Source of the DNA: Glycera tridactyla
Lineage: Eukaryota
Direction: 5' to 3'
Assembly: GCA_965644265.1 (NCBI GenBank)
Contig: OZ286459.1
Coordinates: 108,004,001 to 108,068,000, forward strand
DNA: 64,000 nucleotides
In this document: positions 36,416 to 50,935 of the stretch, one piece after another
Layout of the letters: the number at the start of each line of letters is the position of its first letter
How positions within the stretch are numbered: position 1 is the stretch's first letter
The notes under the pieces: generated by a model
The model's input: only the letters and a program-made list of their open reading frames with translations
Told to the model about the DNA's origin: nothing
Database searches by the model: none
Program-made: the position numbers and the translations under genes

Positions 36416-39400
36416 CAAGTCATCGAGAAATAAATGACACACATTCTGAGTAATTTCACTTACCCGCCTGGTCAAAATTCAGTATAGGGCAAAATCACAT
36501 ATACAGCAGGGCAAATTCGAATATACAGTTGAATTTGACAAGCGAAATACGTGGACTTTGAAGCATTCTCATATGAAAGTTGCGTTAGCCAAAATGTAAG
36601 CCTGCGATGCTGGATCAGCACATACATGCATAGTGAAAAACAGTTTTCAACCGGCGTGTAACATCTGTTGAAGGGAAACCGTGTTTGTTTATTTTAGACG
36701 CTATGTGAATAAATCAACACATGCTTTTGAAAAATTGTTTTGTCCTGTTGATGCGGAGTTGAATGAGAGAGGGGGGAGATAGTAGTTGTTGGATAAGACA
36801 AACAAGATTCAGGTTTGAAGTGTTGAAAATCCAGCTGATTCTTCATCAAGCGTTATGGGAAGCGGTGCGTTTTATCTGCTCCAGGTTTTAGCAGGCTACG
36901 ACGGTCGAGCTAAGAGCCGGTGCAGTCAGGCGTGAATGAGCGAACCTAATGCATCCCATTCGCCCTCCATCAAAGCGGCGAGTTGCAGAAGTGTGAGCCA
37001 ACATGACCCTTGTAACACCAGCTGTGACCAGGGACCGTAAACATTAACCTTAGGAAGGATTCCAAAAGGATGGATTGGTTTGTGTATGCCGTGTTCTTGG
37101 CATAATGCCATCTCCTCTGCAGGCATCACCTTCACAAACCCCAGACACAAAATGATGGGGACCAACAAGATTGTCATGTGGCAATTATCAAGCCAGGGAA
37201 TTAGGTATGCCATGGCTTTCATGAACCCAAAGATGGCATATCTTACTGGAAGCTGACACTCAAGTCGGATAGCAATGCTTCAGTTCAAGTTTCTTATACT
37301 GCACTCTCCGAAAAGGGCGGACGAGCCTCAAAATACAACTGTTTCAATAACTGTGAAAATGCGAGTTGTAATCCTTTCCCGACCATACCTATGACATCTG
37401 TAATTCATCTTTGTACTTGGCAATGAGATATATCGAATGGTACTTCGGGTAAGGATCGGGTTGGAATTGCGTCAGATTCAACTTCATCATAATAGCTAGT
37501 GAGTATCGTTGAATATCTTAGGAAAGATTAGAAGGATATGTATGCTGTTCGGATGGTGGTGTTAAGATGACACCAACGTCACAGGGGTGCTGGCGAGCGC
37601 ATGTGCGGTTACAGTCGACGTGCTCCCTCTGATCTTGGTTCGACGTACGCGGCGTGAATGACGACGAAATGGCGTCACGCGACCGGTCCGTCTTCTCACG
37701 TTACGGCACCATGACGCGTAGACCGGTTTGGTGGCTTGTCTTCCCCGCTAGAGCCCGTATCAGTCAGTACACAACAGGATAGAAGCAATGCCAATAGGAT
37801 AGTAGTCGTATACCCAACTGCGGTTTATTAACCAGATATCTTCTATTTGAAACCCGAGTAAAGTTTTGAAGCGATTCATAGCAAACGGATCCTATGGATT
37901 CAGTATGATATGTAACACACTTAAAGGGACCTCGGGTAAGAATATCTTATAATCGATTATTCACTATACCCGACTATACACGAAAATCTATCTTTTATTA
38001 CAAAATTGTGTCACATTGATGACTTGAGTTCTTCCATGGGGCAGAAACTGCTGGAAGATATTTTAGAACGTCTTCACTCTTCATTGTTTTGAATACAATG
38101 TCCGATGGCACTATGCTATTGAACGCTGAAATGATGCCGACCAACTGATCCTATACAGGCAATCTGTTACACAACATCACGAGAGAGAAAATCAATCGCC
38201 AACAAGACTTTTTTTCGCCCACGAAGGTTGTAAGTCAATCACGTGCCTAACCCACATAACATATGCACGCATATCGCCAATAGCCTGGGCTTTGCTCTGC
38301 TACGAGCTCGACATGCGATCATGGTAACATATGTAAGGGGGTTATATCACAAAGAACTAGGGTGACTCTAAAATTGGGGGTAAAGTCAGTAAAAGATAAG
38401 TGAGAAAACCTTCCAAATTTCTAATTACTGCGGTTATTTTGTGAAATGATGCGTTGCTCTTTCAATGCAAGTTATACATCATGCACAATTTTCGTAAGTG
38501 AGAAAAAAAATTAGCAGTAGCACAAAAACTGTCCTCGACGGTGTCAGGTGAGAGTGGGATTGGATTACGTCAGGGGTAAACTACTTCAGCGAGACCGAAG
38601 CACGTGGAGAATCACACTCATGCTATTCGAGCAATTAAAACATGGCAAATATTGATGTCGATTGCATACATAATGCTGACCCAGGTGTTCAGCCTACGGC
38701 CAAATTTCGCGCGCACGCGTGCACACTTGCATGCACTGACTAAGTTGTGTATACTGTTTGCTGTCAAGAGCACGCCCTAGTAAGTAGGAGATTTTGGGTG
38801 CATCCTTTCATCAAAGCCTGTTCATGGCTATATGTCCAAGTGTCATTTTATTGAAGATAATANNNNNNNNNNNNNNNNNNNNNNNNNNNNNNNNNNNNNN
38901 NNNNNNNNNNNNNNNNNNNNNNNNNNNNNNNNNNNNNNNNNNNNNNNNNNNNNNNNNNNNNNNNNNNNNNNNNNNNNNNNNNNNNNNNNNNNNNNNNNNN
39001 NNNNNNNNNNNNNNNNNNNNNNNNNNNNNNNNNNNNNNNNNNNNNNNNNNNNNNTGAAGACTTCATGAAAAGAATCACTAGGCCTCGATACCCAGCATCC
39101 AAATTCATCTTTCTGTGGCTGAGAGGAGTGCAGAATTATAGGTGAGCCCATTTATGTGGGAAGTCCTATGAATCAGTGGGTTGGCTGTGGAGCGCATATA
39201 TCAGTAAGCGGGTTTCGATGTCAGCCACAGGACCATCTGCTCTCGAGATATATTCACGAGCGACAAGTAGGTAATGCAGTGGCAAGCCAACAAATCAGTT
39301 TAGCCACCTAGTATAGCCCTTTGTCTCAACCACTCGCTCTGCTTCTACGAGAAATATGGACCTTCACTAATGCCTCATTTCTTGTTTATCTCCATCATTC

Positions 39401-39469
39401 ACGGGCACTCAAGAGGTGGGTATCTAATGTATTATTGGAAGAAGTAATAGTCATCTTTGTTGTCATTTT

Positions 39470-39506
39470 TGTTATTGTTGTTGTTGTTGTTATTGTTGTT
39501 GAAGTA

Positions 39507-39541
<35 letters not shown>

Positions 39542-39950
39542 CGTGGTAGTGGTAGTATGGCTGTAGTAGTTGTAGTNNNNNNNNNNNNNNNNNNNNNNNN
39601 NNNNNNNNNNNNNNNNNNNNNNNNNNNNNNNNNNNNNNNNNNNNNNNNNNNNNNNNNNNNNNNNNNNNNNNNNNNNNNNNNNNNNNNNNNNNNNNNNNNN
39701 NNNNNNNNNNNNNNNNNNNNNNNNNNNNNNNNNNNNNNNNNNNNNNNNNNNNNNNNNNGTGGTAGGCTATGTAGTAGATGTAGAGGTAGTAGTAGAAGTT
39801 GTAGAATTAGTAGTTATGGTGGTTGAGGTAGTAGTTATTGTTGTTGTTTTGATTGTAAAATTAGTAGCAGCGGTAATAGTAGTTTTTTGTTGTTGTTGTT
39901 GGTGGTGGTGGTGGTGGTGGTGGTGGTGGTGATGGTGAGGTGGTGATGGT
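39470..39950. repeat. (TTG/TAG/TGG)n compound repeat around an N-run
   Basis: Visible in the sequence. Confidence 0.9.
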
Positions 39951-41683
39951 GATGTTGCAACATTAGCCGCAGCAGCCAGACATCTAACTGCATCAAAATA
40001 ATCCAATACCGAACATTTATACGTCGGTGTAAAAAAGGAGGTTGGCATCTGGTAAATATGGGTCAAAATGATATTCAGATAACGTTGCCTTAAGGGCGCA
40101 TTCTTCTAGATGGAGCGTGAGGAGCGGAGATGGGGGGGGGGGGGGGGGGCTAGACTAGTGTGTCAGAGACAGTGGGTAGTGCCTAGTATGAAATGATATT
40201 CGGCCAATAACCATGATCACTTGCCCGAATGAGATCAGGTTGGGCTTGTAGCCCCGCGCCACTCTCATTATCATGTCCTCGGGCAAGAACATGACAAAAT
40301 CCGGATCATCACCATTCTACCGAATCTCCCAAATTACCAAATTCACAAACATATCTAATCATTCAAAGAATGATTTGAAGACTAGAATGAATATGCAACC
40401 AGTGAAATGTAATAGTCAACGAGATAGCAAGTGAGGAAGTAGGAGACACGTTTTGTAGAATTCAGGATCAATCCGGTATATGGGAAAGAAGGTCGGCCAC
40501 CTCATTGTTAATGCGGCAAATTCTACGAACGTGGTTATGTTCATATTTATTTACAAGAGAATCTCCGGCGCTAGTAGAAGCAAGCCTAAGAAAACAAGAC
40601 AGCAGCAGTTCTTGCACAATATCTCATGCCTAGATACCAGCTGCACGTGCAAGAAATGATAAAAAAAGAGAATTTCTCCTCAGAGAAGCATTCCCTCGAC
40701 CAATCACCCCTGGATACACCAGATCTCTTGACAACTATTCGTCACCAGGAGACAAATCTCCATATAAAGAAATGAGGTTTAGAAGCCAGATCAAAATAAG
40801 GATAAAACTCTTTCGCAGGTGGTGCTGATTAAAAATAGATATCCGTCCAAAAAACGATGTCAGGAAGGAATGGACCTTATATATTCAGATACATTAACCC
40901 AGTGACCGACCTACAAGGGTAGGTATGTGGGTGGGTAAGTAGATAAATTGATGGATTGATGGGTGGATGGATGGATGGATCACGGGATAGATAGATAGAT
41001 AGGCGTGAATTAGTATTTCTACATGCCCGTCTTTGATGTATTTCATCGGAGTTGGTTGATGGTCGTGTTAGGCAGGTAGCCACGAAACACAGTTACCAAT
41101 AGTGGTCGCTATGGACAGGGATCCGCTAGACAGGTGATCTTTAGACAGATAGAAGTTTCTCAAGTATAGATTATTCACGTAATACTCATAGACTGGATTA
41201 TTCAGGATTACATCGCAAATGCGCCGATCCTATTCTATCTCAGGGTGAGAGGAATGATATTTTGGCAGTGAGTATGAATCTGTGTGTTGTGGGAGAAGGA
41301 GAGCCCCCGGGGCACCATTAATGAACGTGACCCAGTCTGTGAGTTAGTGTAGCGTGCTTACTGTAGAGTGTGAGCACATTGTCAAATGTCCCTGCGGGCA
41401 TCTCATCCTCCTCCGCTCACACTAACTCACTAACCTGGCAATCCTTGCTGACATGTCTTCTAGTCAACTATTTCTACGTCTAATCTCTTCACACTACTCA
41501 CGCAACCTGGTTAGATGTAACCCACTGATTTCCAGAAGATTATACTCTTTAACAAACTTCCAACAACCTTTTAGGTAACAGACCAATTCATATAGTGTTG
41601 GGATTACCTAAAGGTCACGAACATTATAGTTGTTGTCCTCGTAATTATAAAAAGATACTACTTTCCTTCTTATTGATTCATTG

Positions 41684-41684
<1 letters not shown>

Positions 41685-41719
<35 letters not shown>

Positions 41720-41775
41720 TCATCACCATCGTCATCATTATTATCGTTATTGTTGTTGTTGTTGTTGTTGTTGTT
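41685..41775. repeat. (ATT/ATC/GTT)n compound repeat
   Basis: Visible in the sequence. Confidence 0.9.
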
Positions 41776-44021
41776 GCTATCACCAATTTTCATCAATCAT
41801 CATTGAGGTTAACTTCCACTTTCCACTACCATCCTGCATCTTCACCAAGACAACAATCAGAAGAATGACCTCCTCCTCCTCCTCCTACTCCTCCTCCTCG
41901 TCATCATTACCAGCGATCAACTTCAAAATGGACTTCAAAAACACTTCTGCAATGAGGCAAGTGACTACATCAAGCAGACAAAACAGGCACGGGCACACAG
42001 GTGTGAACAAGAAGCATCCAGGTGTTACCATGACAACTATCCACGTGCAATGACGTGACACAAGGGGGCAGGTTGCTGCCAACATACGTCATATTTACGC
42101 TTCCACTCACTCACTCTCCATCTACCTCATACTGTGCCCTTTTATCGCCCACCCACATTCACTACCAAAGACCACCCCATAACAACGTCAAGTCCAACAG
42201 ACCAACTAGCGCGATATCCAGGAATGTAAACAACAAGCTATCGCGAGAGTTGACCCGTCTACATCAAACTAAGACGAGATCTGACAAGTGAACTAACGCG
42301 AGATTTGAATGATGACGAGAGCTAGAACACAGTAGTATACAGACAGGCATAACAACTGCAGACTGTTGGAGCATCGAACACGTTGGATACAGATAGCAAG
42401 AAATAAGCAGTAAAACACTTACTGCGATTCATGCCCTCTATAGCAAACAACCAGGACACAGCATGAAAGAGAGAAAGAAACGTCTTTTTTCAGAGCTTGG
42501 AAATCTTTTGGTATGATTCATGCTCTAAAACAGCCAATTTAGTACACATATCACAGTATTTATCACAGTTGATTTACTTATGTCTGTACTACTGCGTTGG
42601 TTCTCTTTATCAGAATATCAAGTCCAAACACCAATATTAAACTGACCACTTTGGTATCAGTGTGTACCTATCATGACCACATAGGTCTGCTAAGAAACTT
42701 TCAGGTATCTCTTTCACACCCTTCCTGCATCCAGACCACATAGAACACTATTTGCTATATGTGAAATATCCGAAGTACGCACCGACAGTTTTCTATCGAA
42801 GAAATCCAAAAATTTTCGAATACTAGAAGAAAGAGAATTTGGAAATTTGGAATGTGTAGAACATTGCAACCAGGCCAAGAATACATCCACTCATACCAGG
42901 TTAGGGGGGAGAGTTGTAGTGTGTGTATTCTAATCCTATATATCTATGATTTGTAGAAGCAATCCTTCCAAACACACCTCATGTTCACACATCATAAATG
43001 CCCACACACCGCACATATATGATAAACCAAAGAGGCACACACCTAAATACATAACTATCATTTGTTCTTACAAATATGCTACATCAGATTCAATCAGACA
43101 ACTGCCCTTGGTTTACCCCACCAGCAGCACTACCCCAGCCACAAGCATCTTCTGTGGGTCACCAATCCATCATCCCTAGATTACACTATCTGACAGAACC
43201 ACCACCCTCACATTATTGGACAGATCACCCTTCAAAAGAACAAGAACACATTTATCTCCTGTTATGTAGACCACATCCATACACATACACATCCAAGTCA
43301 TCCGCCCACTCACAAAAAATGTAAACAGAAATATGACAAGAACTGCCAACGAAAAATAATGAATCACTGCCGAAATATGCCAATACTTGAATCGTAGCCA
43401 AGTTACCAGGTTCTCCAATGTAAAACAACACAAGCAAATTCGCCTCGCCCGGGCGTTGTAACAAGCATGGAGTTTATCCTAACTTTTTCAGTGCTAGACA
43501 CACATCAACAATAGGGAACACAGCAAAGAATCAATCTTTTTCAGAATTGAAATAAAACATGAGCAACGTATCNNNNNNNNNNNNNNNNNNNNNNNNNNNN
43601 NNNNNNNNNNNNNNNNNNNNNNNNNNNNNNNNNNNNNNNNNNNNNNNNNNNNNNNNNNNNNNNNNNNNNNNNNNNNNNNNNNNNNNNNNNNNNNNNNNNN
43701 NNNNNNNNNNNNNNNNNNNNNNNNNNNNNNNNNNNNNNNNNNNNNNNNNNNNNNNNNNNNNNACACAGACGCAGATCATTCGGAAACAAACTTTTGTCAT
43801 GCTTTTGTGATTAATGGAAGTAGTTGCATTCATTGAGTTTGTTGTTGATGTTATCAATAATATCATTATTATTATAACTATCAGTATCATTACCATTATT
43901 CCTTATCATTATTATCATTATTATTATTACTATTCATCATGATCAATACTATCATTATCATTAGGATAATTATCATTGTTGTTAATATTTGATATGTTTT
44001 GATTTGTAGTGAGCCTCTTAC

Positions 44022-44217
44022 CGTCGTAAGACTCCTCCTAAGAGTGAAGCATTGAGGCACTCAGGTGGGGAGAGGCGCCGCTGTACTTCAGCTACGGTGA
44101 CTTTATACTTGGAGGTGGAACTGAGGAGAGAGAGTCGGCCAGGCACAGAACAGAAGACGTCTGTTGGTGTTGGCATCCCACTGATGACGATATCCTTCTG
44201 GTCGGGCTTCCGTATAC
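44022..44217 (-). CDS. TFAP2: AP-2 exon 4 (196 nt, phase 1 to 2)
   Basis: ttctgatagcag|GT ATA CGG...TTA CGA CG|gtaaga. Reads [64 protein letters not shown](R); the core is essentially identical to vertebrate AP-2. Confidence 0.98.
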
Positions 44218-46940
44218 CTGCTATCAGAAACAGAAGAAGAAAGAAAATATGTGATTAGATGTGCTACTGGAACCTGTCGAATAAGACCAGGTTAATATTT
44301 CAAATTAGCTTACCCAGTCTCATACTTATGCGGCACAATACATGAGCGCTATAGATATAGGGAATCAGTGCTTATTGCATGTATCGTTGAGCACATCGCC
44401 AAAACAATTATGTGATCACACATTCAATTGTGTTAGATATGATGGGTATACAGAAGAAAGCGTCCGCATTTGTCAAACTCTCATCACATGAAATGGCATC
44501 ACCATTTGGTTCACTATATTCGCAAAATGTGCACGATAATTCCGCCTTGCATATATTGTCATCATTACATAATGCTTCTTTGGATCTGGCTCGAGAAGGA
44601 GTGGAGCCTGCTAAGGTGAGACTGTCATCATGGGGTATTCTGGTAGTGTCTAATGATGGGATGGGATGCACTGTAGTGGTCGGGGGATACTACTGTCAAT
44701 ATTCCTGCTGTTCGATTTCTGACACATAGCTGAAGACAGAGTCAATATTGTCTTGTGTGTGCGGTCATTGAGCGCAGGCAGAATCTGTCTTTGAGATGGT
44801 ATAATAGGACTCCAACCACTACCATAACCAACAAAAACGAGACAATACCATGATGTATAGATCATTTCCTTATCCATACAGTCACATAATGAAATTGAGT
44901 GATGTTAAGGTCTGGAAGTATTTGATAGTCAATTGGAGTATTTGAGATATGTTTTAGGGGGATTTTGATTATTCTGTGACTTTGGCATTGTACGTGTTCA
45001 TTTGAGGGGCACTGGGTGAGCTGCTCAAATATCCACAACAGTAGCCAATCAACACTAGCCACAGCCAGCACAAACAGAAGAAAAACAGTAACGATTGGCA
45101 GCGAGGAGGCAACAGCCAGTGCTGATTAGATGGTCAAACAGAGGGACAATACATGGCAATCCAGTCGGTACACACACTTGTTCCCACTTGTGTTTGTTGA
45201 CTGGGTGAAAACTGGGACGGCTTCATTCGATACATAGATTGAATCCAGGTTCAGCTAGACGCTACTGTCCTTTACCCCAACCACACTGACCCTGGCGTAC
45301 ATGCTTAGTCCTTTGTAACTAAATACAGACTTTAAGTAGAGAGAACCGTAACGGTGAATTGTGGCTATGAAGCACAGTATAATTTCCAACACCGTAATAA
45401 CCAAACCAGCTTCTGTTATACATTACTAAATTCATCAATCCAGCCATCAATCAAGCCATCAATCATTCAATGAGACGGGATTGATTTCTCGTCAATTGTG
45501 TATTATCCACCCTTAGTCATATAGTTCACAGAAATATTTCAGGATTATACACCTTCATCAATAATGTCTCATATAATATGTTAAATTCACTTGAGTATCA
45601 GTTTGGCTTTCTGCCTTGAAGCAGGATGGGCTGTCCATCACATGATTTCACACATGATAACATTCATGAAATCGATATCCCATAAACCAGCTATGGACCA
45701 GAACTGAAAGATTGCTGCTACCCAAATGAGGAATATAACCGATAAAACCAAGTGCCGAATATCTACTCAATCATTCTTACTGCAAGAACATGGGACCTAC
45801 TTGCTCATAATTCGAACACAAAATTTATATGAAATAAATCCATGTCACACTCAACTAGTTGAACCACAAAAATATTACCACATAAAGCATGAAATAAAAA
45901 GTGGAAGAGCACAAACGGCAATTAGAAACCATGTTAGTGGTGTATATCAGCGCTAGGTGCTGCAGCAGCAAACTCAAAAACAACCCCCCAAAACTAATAA
46001 AAATTTCTAAATACCACAGAACCTCCAAATATAGTCATACAGAAGATTATTGGTTATACTAAATGAGAATGATGAAGTCAAGCAGCATTCTGATAGGAAG
46101 TTGGTATTATCTGGTTACTCGTGGGTATATATCAATACAATCACTCTATTAACCCTTTGTAGTAGTGAGTGTCTATTCTAAAGGCTGCCATCAAATTGCT
46201 CCATTGTGCATATCATGTTGCAGGGCTGGGTCTTGACACTATGACTGTCTGAGGTCATCTTTGCTCCCCCTTTAGAAGGTCATTTGGTATTCCATGCTTA
46301 ATAATCTACTTCCTAAGGGAATAAATTCTATATGAATTATTGCAATGATTCATCATATCATTGTCATTGTATTCAATATCTAGGATTATCTAGCCAATGT
46401 TGAATCTTTTGAATCCACGTGTGTGTGTGTGTTCATTTCTGAGCAGCGAATCTCTGTAGTTGACCCAAGCAGCAAGCTGTAAGAGTGGGATGGTAGACAT
46501 ACAAAGGAGTACAAAGGTCTCATAATTTGACAAGGATGAATTCGCCAGATGAAGTGGTATTGTTGAATAGTGACTGAGCGAATCATCACACTGACATGCT
46601 CTCTCTATTGGCTGTGATGCGTATCAGCGGGACAACCTGACATTTAATACCGGCCCAGACTCACTTGACTGATTTAATGGCAGAAGTGAGTGGCTCTCAG
46701 GTTTCAACCAGGGTCAAAATTGGTGTGTTGATGTCTATATCGCAAATAATGCTTTGATTCATGGCCTCTGTTGTCAGTCCCTGTTGATATAACATTCAGA
46801 ATAGAAGCCATTGGACAGTGAAACATCTTCATTTGATCTAAATGAAATAAAATTTCATAGTGATGAGGGTGTGTTCACTTGGCCCACCACCCAAACACCA
46901 GCATTTCGAAGAATTTTCTGATGGGTTTCATGTAGAAAAT

Positions 46941-47048
46941 ACAGATAAGTCTACCTCAAGAGACCACCTCTCTACAAAGGTAACCTGCTCACAAAGGCCA
47001 CCCTGAGTAGAGTTCTCTGATGTATTGAGGGGACCAATAGCTGTCTGT
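46941..47048. mobile_element. Degenerate MITE, same family as 620-755
   Basis: AGACCACCTCTCTACAAAGG...CACAAAGGCCACC internal repeats after a TACAG start. Confidence 0.4.
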
Positions 47049-48619
47049 ACTTTGGGATCAATCTGTCATCCTTTAAGTTTATCCAGTGGAAGCAGTGAAG
47101 TTTGTTTCGTACTAAAAGGGACTGATGCGATGATATGACTGAATGGAACAAGATATTTGATGGCAGCAAACATAGCAATAAAGCAAGGGTGAGGAGCACA
47201 GATATGCCGCATGACTTCACAATTTGAAGAGAATATGCTTTACTTGAATTTTTGGGCAGATCCTCTTCAAATTGCCTGTAATGTGGTCCATATTTTTTCC
47301 ATATGTGAGGTGCCAAAATTTCAGGATAATACACAGCGACACCAGAACTGCTGCTGCAGCTGCGATCTAAAACACACCATAAAAGGACACATGTTGTTAT
47401 CAATCAATAAAGGATGATGACAAAGACAAACAATCACACAAGCTGAAACTGACATCAGATAGACTGGAGTCACAACTGGAGTCAAAACAATCAGTGCCAA
47501 CACACCACTAAAAATTGGACAATTTACCATATTTGGAGCACGCTAACATATGCAAATAGTGGTATTTTTCACCCGTTGATAGCTTTTCCCATTTGACAAC
47601 TCACTCAGACTCTCTGCGGAATCGTTTAGTATTTTTGGATCGAAAATTGCTGTCTCAGCTACCAACGTATCGATCCCATATTACGAAATGATGAAAGATG
47701 CCAGATACAATAGTAAAGTCACCGTGGTTCAATATTGGGACACAATCTAATTAGGTATGCATATAGTTTGCCTTAATTTGAGAAGCTGTGAGGATATTCA
47801 TAGATGGATGGTTGGTTTGGTTGAGAATATGTTCAACCAAGCAACCAAGCAACCAACCAACCGATCGACCAACTAAACAACCACTTAAGATATCTCTGTA
47901 CGGAATTGCATGTGTCCTTGCCTGCTCAATAGTGTATGAATGCTGACAGGGTGGTATAGGAACTGCCATTTCTATCACGGACAAGCGCTGAATTATGGCA
48001 ACGTTTGAATGCGATTCACATACTGGAATGAGCCCCGAAAACTCCAAGCTTTGCAACTGTACGACGTGACCTCGACAAAACCCGTTCAACAATTATCATG
48101 ACATTGAATCTAACAGCCTGCATTGAGAGAGAAACAATGATAGCTGTCTCGCTGTGATAAAGCCTTACTGGTCTTTTTTCACAACAAGCGCTTGATGGGA
48201 AATGTACGATTGGTTACAACAATGGTGGTATCAGTGTTACAATATCTCATTCTCTCATCATTAAATGGAGCGTCTAGGGTTGCATGCAAGATGGAAGAGT
48301 AAAGAGTAAAAACTGGCTGGCAATTCAATAAAGCCAGGGTATCTGTTCAGATGGAATGGGACTAGACTGCACAGAGCTAGCTGTCTTCAGAATCAACTGC
48401 ACTCGCAAACGGCGATTACATCCCACCCAGGATACGAGCAAATTTGCGACTACACGAATGGAACAAAGGCCCCTGCCGATGTGCATGCCACACAATAACC
48501 TTGACTCCACATTTCCCACTGGTTGCAGTCGGATTGGCGGAGGCAATACTCAGACTCGATCTTGCCCCCATATACATGTGTGTGTATCTGTATTTGTGTG
48601 TCTGTGTGTGAAAGGAGGA

Positions 48620-48880
48620 AAAGATTGAAAGAAAAGAGGGGAAAGGAAGAAGAAAAGAAAGGGAGAAAGAGAGATTAGCAGTGAAAAAGAAAGACAAATA
48701 GTAGAAAAGAGATAAGAAAAAATGCAAAGGAAGGGTGAAAAAATGACAGAACAATAAATGACCGAAAAGGAGCACAGGCAGGGAGATAGAGAAAGAAAGA
48801 AAGAGAGAAAGAAAGAGAGGGAGATAGAAAAGGAAAGGGACAAAAAAGAAAGAATAAGAAGATGAATAAATGACAAAATA
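48620..48880. repeat. Purine-rich (GA/GAA/GAAA) low-complexity tract
   Basis: Visible in the sequence. Confidence 0.85.
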
Positions 48881-50779
48881 AATATTTATTCCTTTTCTTT
48901 ATCAAAATAGATTCCACTCTCAAATCTGGCGTTCGGGCATAATCACCACCAACAATAGCATTCTGCAGAAAATGAGATTTCTTTTCAAGTTTGCCACACA
49001 TTTTGTGTAAAACCATGAAGTCAAAAGTCAAGGGAATTTATTAGTCTGACAAATCATTGCATTCCACTCTGGATTCGCGTGATCACAACCAAGTTGTGTC
49101 TATGGAACATATTAAACTGCCTGCAAACGTTTTATTGTCACTGGCTTTGTGGATTCTAATTTGATGCGATTGTTAGAGGAGCGCATTTCAGGCGGACAAT
49201 AGACTTTCTGCTTGATGTATACTAGTGAAATTTCATCCGTTCGTGTGCTTCTCTCTAATCCGGCAGCAGGTTTCGTGCCTCAAATGGAGATGAAAGCAGA
49301 GCGATTCGCACTCATTATGATCCTTAGATAATGCTCTTGGCACCTGAGCTGCTAAAACACCAGCTGATTCCACCCACGAGAGGGACCTTCTCTGTAAGGC
49401 GACCGTTTTTTTCTCTCTCACGGGCCCATTCAGTCCCTTCTTTAAAGAGACCGTTTGTCGTCTCATACCATTCCGGTTTTTTTCTGGATCATTACAACAA
49501 ATCACCAGAAAAGGCGATTTTGTTCATGTGCATCATGTCCTATGTCGAAATCATAATAGGCAATATTTGATATAAAGTAAAATCTAAATCAACTACAGTC
49601 GAAACGCCGAAATGTGGTCGCTCAAGTCTTGTGGTTCATTAATACATGTGAATTATAATGAAAATACTTGAGCCGGAAATCAGAAAAAAAATGTTTGTAC
49701 CACTTGAGTGAAGACTCCGGAGATTGGTGTTCCCCTCACACACAGGGGTCGGTGAGGGTAGGGAAGTCGATTTCGGGGTGAGGGTGTTAAGGAAAGATGA
49801 GTGAGCAACTTGATACTTCACTCAGGTGTGAACCTATTGAGTGCAAAACGCAATTTGACTGTCACTTGCGTTTACCGTTATTAGCAAGCATTCTAGCTGA
49901 TGCGCACACGCGCGTGCGTGCCCCAGCACGCCGCACAGATGATCCTCTTAAACCACCTAAATACTAGATTATCTCCTCTCATAATCCCATGATCCACAGA
50001 ACAAAATGGCCGACTGCCATACTAGTTTCCTTCCTCCATCGGCAGAAAACTAGGACAGCAGCGATGCGGTGATATCTTCACGAAATCACTCCACAATTTC
50101 AGATGATGTGGCACCTGTGAGGTATGTGAATGGGGTCAGATATGTGAATATGTAATATACACAAATGTTTGGATCAGAACCAGTCTACTGATGTTTAAAA
50201 TCAATGGTGCAGCATGAAAACATATTTGGGTCACCATACTTGATTTCGAATGACATCGAATCGACTCGTCCATGCGCGAATACAATTCCTAACTATCATG
50301 AAATTATTTGGCTCCATTATCCTCTTCCAAAGCTGGCAACGTGAGCATCCTAGTGGATTGGAATATGTCTAAAGAGAAATGACATTAATAGATGATTATT
50401 TTCAAGTTGAGGACCGAAATAGACAGGAGATCATGAAAGAGAGAGCACGCGTGTCATCATTGGTGGTATTGATCGACAGTTAGTCAACTGCAAAATGCAA
50501 TAAATGCATGCCAGTTTTTAGTCAGTCAATCTATATAATATACTTAACGTTGATGCCCTGATTGTATGCATGCTAGGCACGCTCAATTCCATGCCGTGTT
50601 CATTTCAGGCTTGATGAGAGTTCGGGGTGATTTTGGCTCGATGCAAGTCCTGTCCATTAGCAGATGTTTGCTTGAAACATAATATGCCGTGGACATTTCA
50701 TGATTTTATGTGACAAGAAGGGCGACTCCCGTGTCAGTACCGATGATAAACCAAATTGGACGAATCTTGATTGGCTGTC

Positions 50780-50935
50780 CTGTGATGATGATGGTGTTGC
50801 TGGTGATGATGGTGTTGATGATGGTGATGATGATACTGCTGCTGCTGCTGCTGCTGCTGATGATGGTTATGCTGTTTTTTGTTATCGTTTGTGTTGTTGT
50901 TGTTGTTGTTGCTGCTGCTGCTGCTGATGATGATG
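50780..50935. repeat. (GAT/GCT/GTT)n compound repeat
   Basis: Visible in the sequence. Confidence 0.9.

Larger units (their letters stand above)
17762..44217 (-). other. TFAP2: AP-2 family transcription factor gene, 3' part (exons 4-7 by vertebrate numbering); 5' exons not identified
   Basis: Exons splice in frame with GT-AG boundaries, at the same intron positions as vertebrate TFAP2A as I recall them, giving the basic region plus helix-span-helix domain. No vertebrate paralog assignment is implied. Confidence 0.97.

Noticed and set aside
43493-43502. 10-nt complement to the 5b-5c spacer in intron 4
   Set aside because: About one such match is expected by chance in 25 kb, and it is not at a splice site.
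44174-44176. In-frame ATG in exon 4 as the start of a short AP-2 isoform
   Set aside because: No evidence for an internal promoter or alternative start.
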